Shown piece by piece: positions 45,778-48,472 of a stretch of DNA of 48,472 bases (position 1 is its first letter; each line of letters starts with the position of its first letter). The stretch comes from a virus (taxonomy: Duplodnaviria; Caudoviricetes). The translations under genes and the position numbers were made by a program. The notes under the pieces are model-generated. The model searched no databases and was not told where the DNA came from. It saw only the letters and a list, made by a program, of their open reading frames with translations. The DNA is taken from positions 1 to 48,472 of IMG/VR virus record IMGVR_UViG_3300044512_004270. One strand, given 5' to 3'.

Positions 45778-46039
45778 GAAGGTGGTGGCGAATCTGGGCA
45801 AGAAGTTTAGGAGAGAAAGTTACAGAGTCGTCAACTGAAAGTGATGTAGTAGCAGTTATACGGACTTTCTGGTGGCTACTTCATGTGGTCACCTGTTTTT
45901 TCATTATAATTCATAACGGTACTAACCTCGGCTATTGGTAAACCTTTTCAGGGGTCTCAACGGGGTTATAGTTATAGCAACACTAGAAAAAATTCTACCA
46001 AAATCATCAGCCCTAACAAGAAATTTCTTACAATTGTAA

Positions 46040-46424
46040 AAAACCGTTTTCAAGTACGTTTTTACAAAAAGCGGTTTATCGCGAATTGGCGTAAGTTGAC
46101 CGTGTTATTAAAAGACGAATTTTTAGTACAAGTGGAGGAAATCGAAGGCGGGATCGTTAACGTGTTATTTGATTAACGGGGTCATTAACGATTGGTCGGA
46201 ATTTACTTTGACATGAAGCAAAGTAGAATGGGATTATCGAAAGATTCAATGCAACAACAAGCTATTCTTGTGGGTACGCACTCTCTCTCGCTTACGCTTC
46301 GAGAGTGCTTATCGCACAAAAAGCTTTATGCACAGTATCTTTCTTCAGGTTAAGTAGAATCTCGATTAGACCCTATTGCTTAACAATTAGTATATATTTT
46401 ATCACACATTTTGGCATAACACAA
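46040..46424. other. Structured intergenic region (possible origin/primer RNA or sRNA)
   Basis: Long imperfect hairpin 46240-46342, further hairpins, minus-strand promoter TTGTGT-17-TAAAAT at 46396-46424. Confidence 0.45.
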
Positions 46425-46578
46425 GTACTATTTTTCTATGGTATCATTTATATCCTGGCCTGAGCGAGTTTTAAGGTACGTAAAAAAGTTTTAAAGTATA
46501 GAGTAGGTATGTAAAAAAACTTCTTGACATTTCGTTTTTTGTTTGCTATAATATAAGTTAAGAAATGGGAGGTACCAT

Positions 46579-46803
46579 ATGTTGGTTCGAAGAACAAGCA
46601 CTTTAACCGGGGTTGAGCGGGTGCGTGAAATGGACGTAACCCAGGAAGATTTGAATCGCTGGGCTGCCGGTGAGTTAATACAAAATGTATTTCCTCATCT
46701 GTCCGTTGACGACCGCGAGTTTATCATGACTGGTATAACCGGAGAAGAGTGGGAAGAATACTGGGAAGAAGCAAATAGGGATGAATTTGTATATGAGCTT
46801 TGA
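46579..46803 (+). CDS. Hypothetical protein
   Basis: GGGAGG RBS; LIQNVFPHLS.DDREFIMTGIT.EEW; promoter TTGACA-17-TATAAT at 46524-46552. Confidence 0.8.
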   Translation: MLVRRTSTLTGVERVREMDVTQEDLNRWAAGELIQNVFPHLSVDDREFIMTGITGEEWEEYWEEANRDEFVYEL

Positions 46804-47021
46804 TTTATTTGTATTATTTTTTAGCGGTGGAGCAGTTATTGTATGGTGGTGGGCTCTTGGACTCTAACTGCTATGTAGTGTGGTGCGAATACAAGAGTAA
46901 GATTTCTTTTATAAACACTTGGCTCGATAGCTACGATGCTCTTCGAGAGTGTTCAAGTTTAAATTCACGAGACAATAGTGGTGCTCACTACTATGTCACA
47001 TTTATGGGAGTAAGATTCTAA
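46800..47021 (+). CDS. Hypothetical protein (start uncertain)
   Basis: ORF track; fits the operon. Confidence 0.5.
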   Translation: MIYLYYFLAVEQLLYGGGLLDSNCYVVWCEYKSKISFINTWLDSYDALRECSSLNSRDNSGAHYYVTFMGVRF

Positions 47022-47230
47022 TGGCAAAGACAATGGTTTATGATCCGCAGCTGACTCGCAAGTTCAAGATGAATGCTGCCATGAAAGGCAAGAAGGTAAC
47101 TTCACACGGAGCATTTCGTGCAAAGCGAAAGCCCAACTCACCTCGAGTACAAGCTGCAGAGCGAGTAAAGGCTGCTTCACAGTTTGGTAAGAGCGCAGAG
47201 TTTAAGCAAGAAATTTACGGAATCGAATGA
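47021..47230 (+). CDS. Small basic hypothetical protein
   Basis: GGGAG RBS; TAATG coupling. Confidence 0.75.
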   Translation: MAKTMVYDPQLTRKFKMNAAMKGKKVTSHGAFRAKRKPNSPRVQAAERVKAASQFGKSAEFKQEIYGIE

Positions 47231-47370
47231 TTCGAGAAGTAAGAGAGCCGAAAAAAACAAGCTATATTGTCTACGATCATCGTGGGTATATTGTAGTTAT
47301 AACAACAGAGAGAGGAGTTGCGGAAATTTATGAAAGGCGTGTATCACTTAGTAATGCTGGAAAACGCTAA
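47227..47370 (+). CDS. 47-aa hypothetical protein
   Basis: Manual: MIREVREPKKTSYIVYDHRGYIVVITTERGVAEIYERR...; ATGA overlap. Confidence 0.6.
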   Translation: MIREVREPKKTSYIVYDHRGYIVVITTERGVAEIYERRVSLSNAGKR

Positions 47371-47566
47371 ATCTGACTTTAAATATTTTCTTGGAATATT
47401 TAGTACGGGTTCAAAGGCGGAAGCAGCAGCGGAGTATGAAATGGTAAGACGACGCACAGAGAACCTACCTGGGGAATGCACTCCTAAGATTTTGAAAGTA
47501 GAAGTAGACAAAATGACATCATCTATAAGTGTAGCAGCTTTAGAGGAATTGAAAAACCGGCGCTAG
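47330..47566 (+). CDS. Hypothetical protein
   Basis: YFLGIFSTGSKAEAA motif. Confidence 0.7.
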   Translation: MKGVYHLVMLENAKSDFKYFLGIFSTGSKAEAAAEYEMVRRRTENLPGECTPKILKVEVDKMTSSISVAALEELKNRR

Positions 47567-47602
47567 GCCGGTTTTTTCTTATAAGGGGCGTAATGCCCCT
47601 TT
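47552..47602. terminator. Terminators between convergent operons
   Basis: AAAAACCGGC-GCTAG-GCCGGTTTTTT and AAGGGGCG-TAA-TGCCCCTT hairpins. Confidence 0.8.
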
Positions 47603-47771
47603 ACAGTATATCTTCGATAGAAATTACAGTAGACTTTATAACATCTACAAGAGTAAAACCGGAGCGTACAACATATCTTTCAGACTGAGGATTATTCAAT
47701 TCTGGAGGTAGTGTTCCAACTACTGTTAGTACCTTTCCTGTTTTGTAGTGTTTAAAAGTAATTTTCTTCAT
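47601..47771 (-). CDS. 56-aa hypothetical protein
   Basis: Manual: MKKITFKHYKTGKVLTVVGTLPPELNNPQSERYVVRSGFTLVDVIKSTVISIEDIL; ATGA overlap. Confidence 0.7.
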   Translation of the reverse strand: MKKITFKHYKTGKVLTVVGTLPPELNNPQSERYVVRSGFTLVDVIKSTVISIEDIL

Positions 47772-48157
47772 TCGCCAAGAATATGACTAAAATCAGGAGC
47801 AAAAAAGTTTTCGCTCTTCATTACTTTACCATCTTCTCTATAAATTGCTTTACCATCGGGCCCTAGCTTACTCATATTGCTTTCGTGCACTTCTAAAAAG
47901 CACTCATCCAAATCAATACCAAAAGCATGACCTGCTCCATATACAACATAGAGTAGATCTGTAAGAGCATCTGCAACTTCGTGCATATCTTTATTTTCAA
48001 TTGCTTCTTCCAGTTCTTCATATTCTTCTCGTATAAGTTCGAGGCGTAATTCACGGGTGGAGAAGTCAGGCCAAATTGGTTCACAATGAACATCTTGGCC
48101 AAATCCCTCCATAAAATCACCAACTAATTCAAAGTTACTTACGGCCTGTTTTGACAT
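47768..48157 (-). CDS. MazG-like nucleotide pyrophosphohydrolase (PRA-PH-like)
   Basis: LIREEYEEL..EVADALTDLLYV.YG..EVHESNMSK..YREDGKVMK. Confidence 0.9.
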   Translation of the reverse strand: MSKQAVSNFELVGDFMEGFGQDVHCEPIWPDFSTRELRLELIREEYEELEEAIENKDMHEVADALTDLLYVVYGAGHAFGIDLDECFLEVHESNMSKLGPDGKAIYREDGKVMKSENFFAPDFSHILGE

Positions 48158-48344
48158 ATTTACTGCGCTCCTTTTGTGTGCGTCGCTGCTCTCTTTTAAT
48201 TGCAGCCTTTTTTGCTCTGTGTCGAACTATTGAAGGTTTTTCGAAGTATTCACGTTCGCGATACTCGAAGACAACTTCACTACACTTCTTTTTAAAAACA
48301 CGAAGTGCTTTCTCGACGTTGTTGTTTCTTACTTTAATTTTCAT
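48135..48344 (-). CDS. rpsU: Ribosomal protein bS21
   Basis: VRNNNVEKALRVFKKK..EYREREYFEKPS.VR..AKKAA. Confidence 0.88.
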   Translation of the reverse strand: MKIKVRNNNVEKALRVFKKKCSEVVFEYREREYFEKPSIVRHRAKKAAIKREQRRTQKERSKYVKTGRK

Positions 48345-48472
48345 CTTTCCCTTTTAAAATACCAACCTCTTTTCTTCAGGTAGGCAACTTGTTTTCGAAT
48401 TGAATTCGGAGTACGGCCAGGTAATACTTGAAGCAAGTGCTCCATACTCAATACATAATAATAATCACGAAG
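48341..48472 (-). CDS. Partial HTH-like protein (5' end outside window)
   Basis: Manual: ..LRDYYYVLSMEHLLQVLPGRTPNSIRKQVAYLKKRGWYFKRER*. Confidence 0.6.
   Translation of the reverse strand, partial: LRDYYYVLSMEHLLQVLPGRTPNSIRKQVAYLKKRGWYFKRER

Noticed and set aside
45910-46176. Stop-free plus-strand frame of 88 codons ending VQVEEIEGGIVNVLFD
   Set aside because: There is no start codon until the last third and no clear RBS, so I cannot support it as a gene, though a short CDS is not excluded.

Overview
This window is from a T5-like (Demerecviridae-related) siphophage genome, probably marine. Positions 1-38.7 kb hold the late module on the minus strand. It has a lambda-type K-L-M tail tip, tape measure, frameshifted tail chaperones, major tail tube, neck proteins, a fused protease-scaffold-capsid gene, portal, HNH and TerL. 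Further right are a chain of tiny Lys/Arg-rich proteins, about 14 kb of modular LamG/beta-propeller fibre genes, TerS, a receptor-binding locus, a cytosine methylase and a porin-like gene behind a Pho-box promoter. At about 38.85 kb the coding strand and composition switch to a compact T5-style pre-early region (A2-like, dmp-like, polyphosphate kinase 2). That region ends in a gene-free array of four backward-pointing sigma70 promoters resembling an injection-stop region. The early region follows, with a homing endonuclease, a metallopeptidase, two more A2/D5 paralogs, MazG-like and bS21 genes. The most notable items are an unclassified, heavily base-paired non-coding transcript of about 600 nt with its own promoter and terminator (44381-44999), a possible phosphate-economy module (Pho-box porin, dNMP phosphatase, PPK2) and the antisense promoter array. 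All family assignments come from motif recognition by eye; no database search was run.
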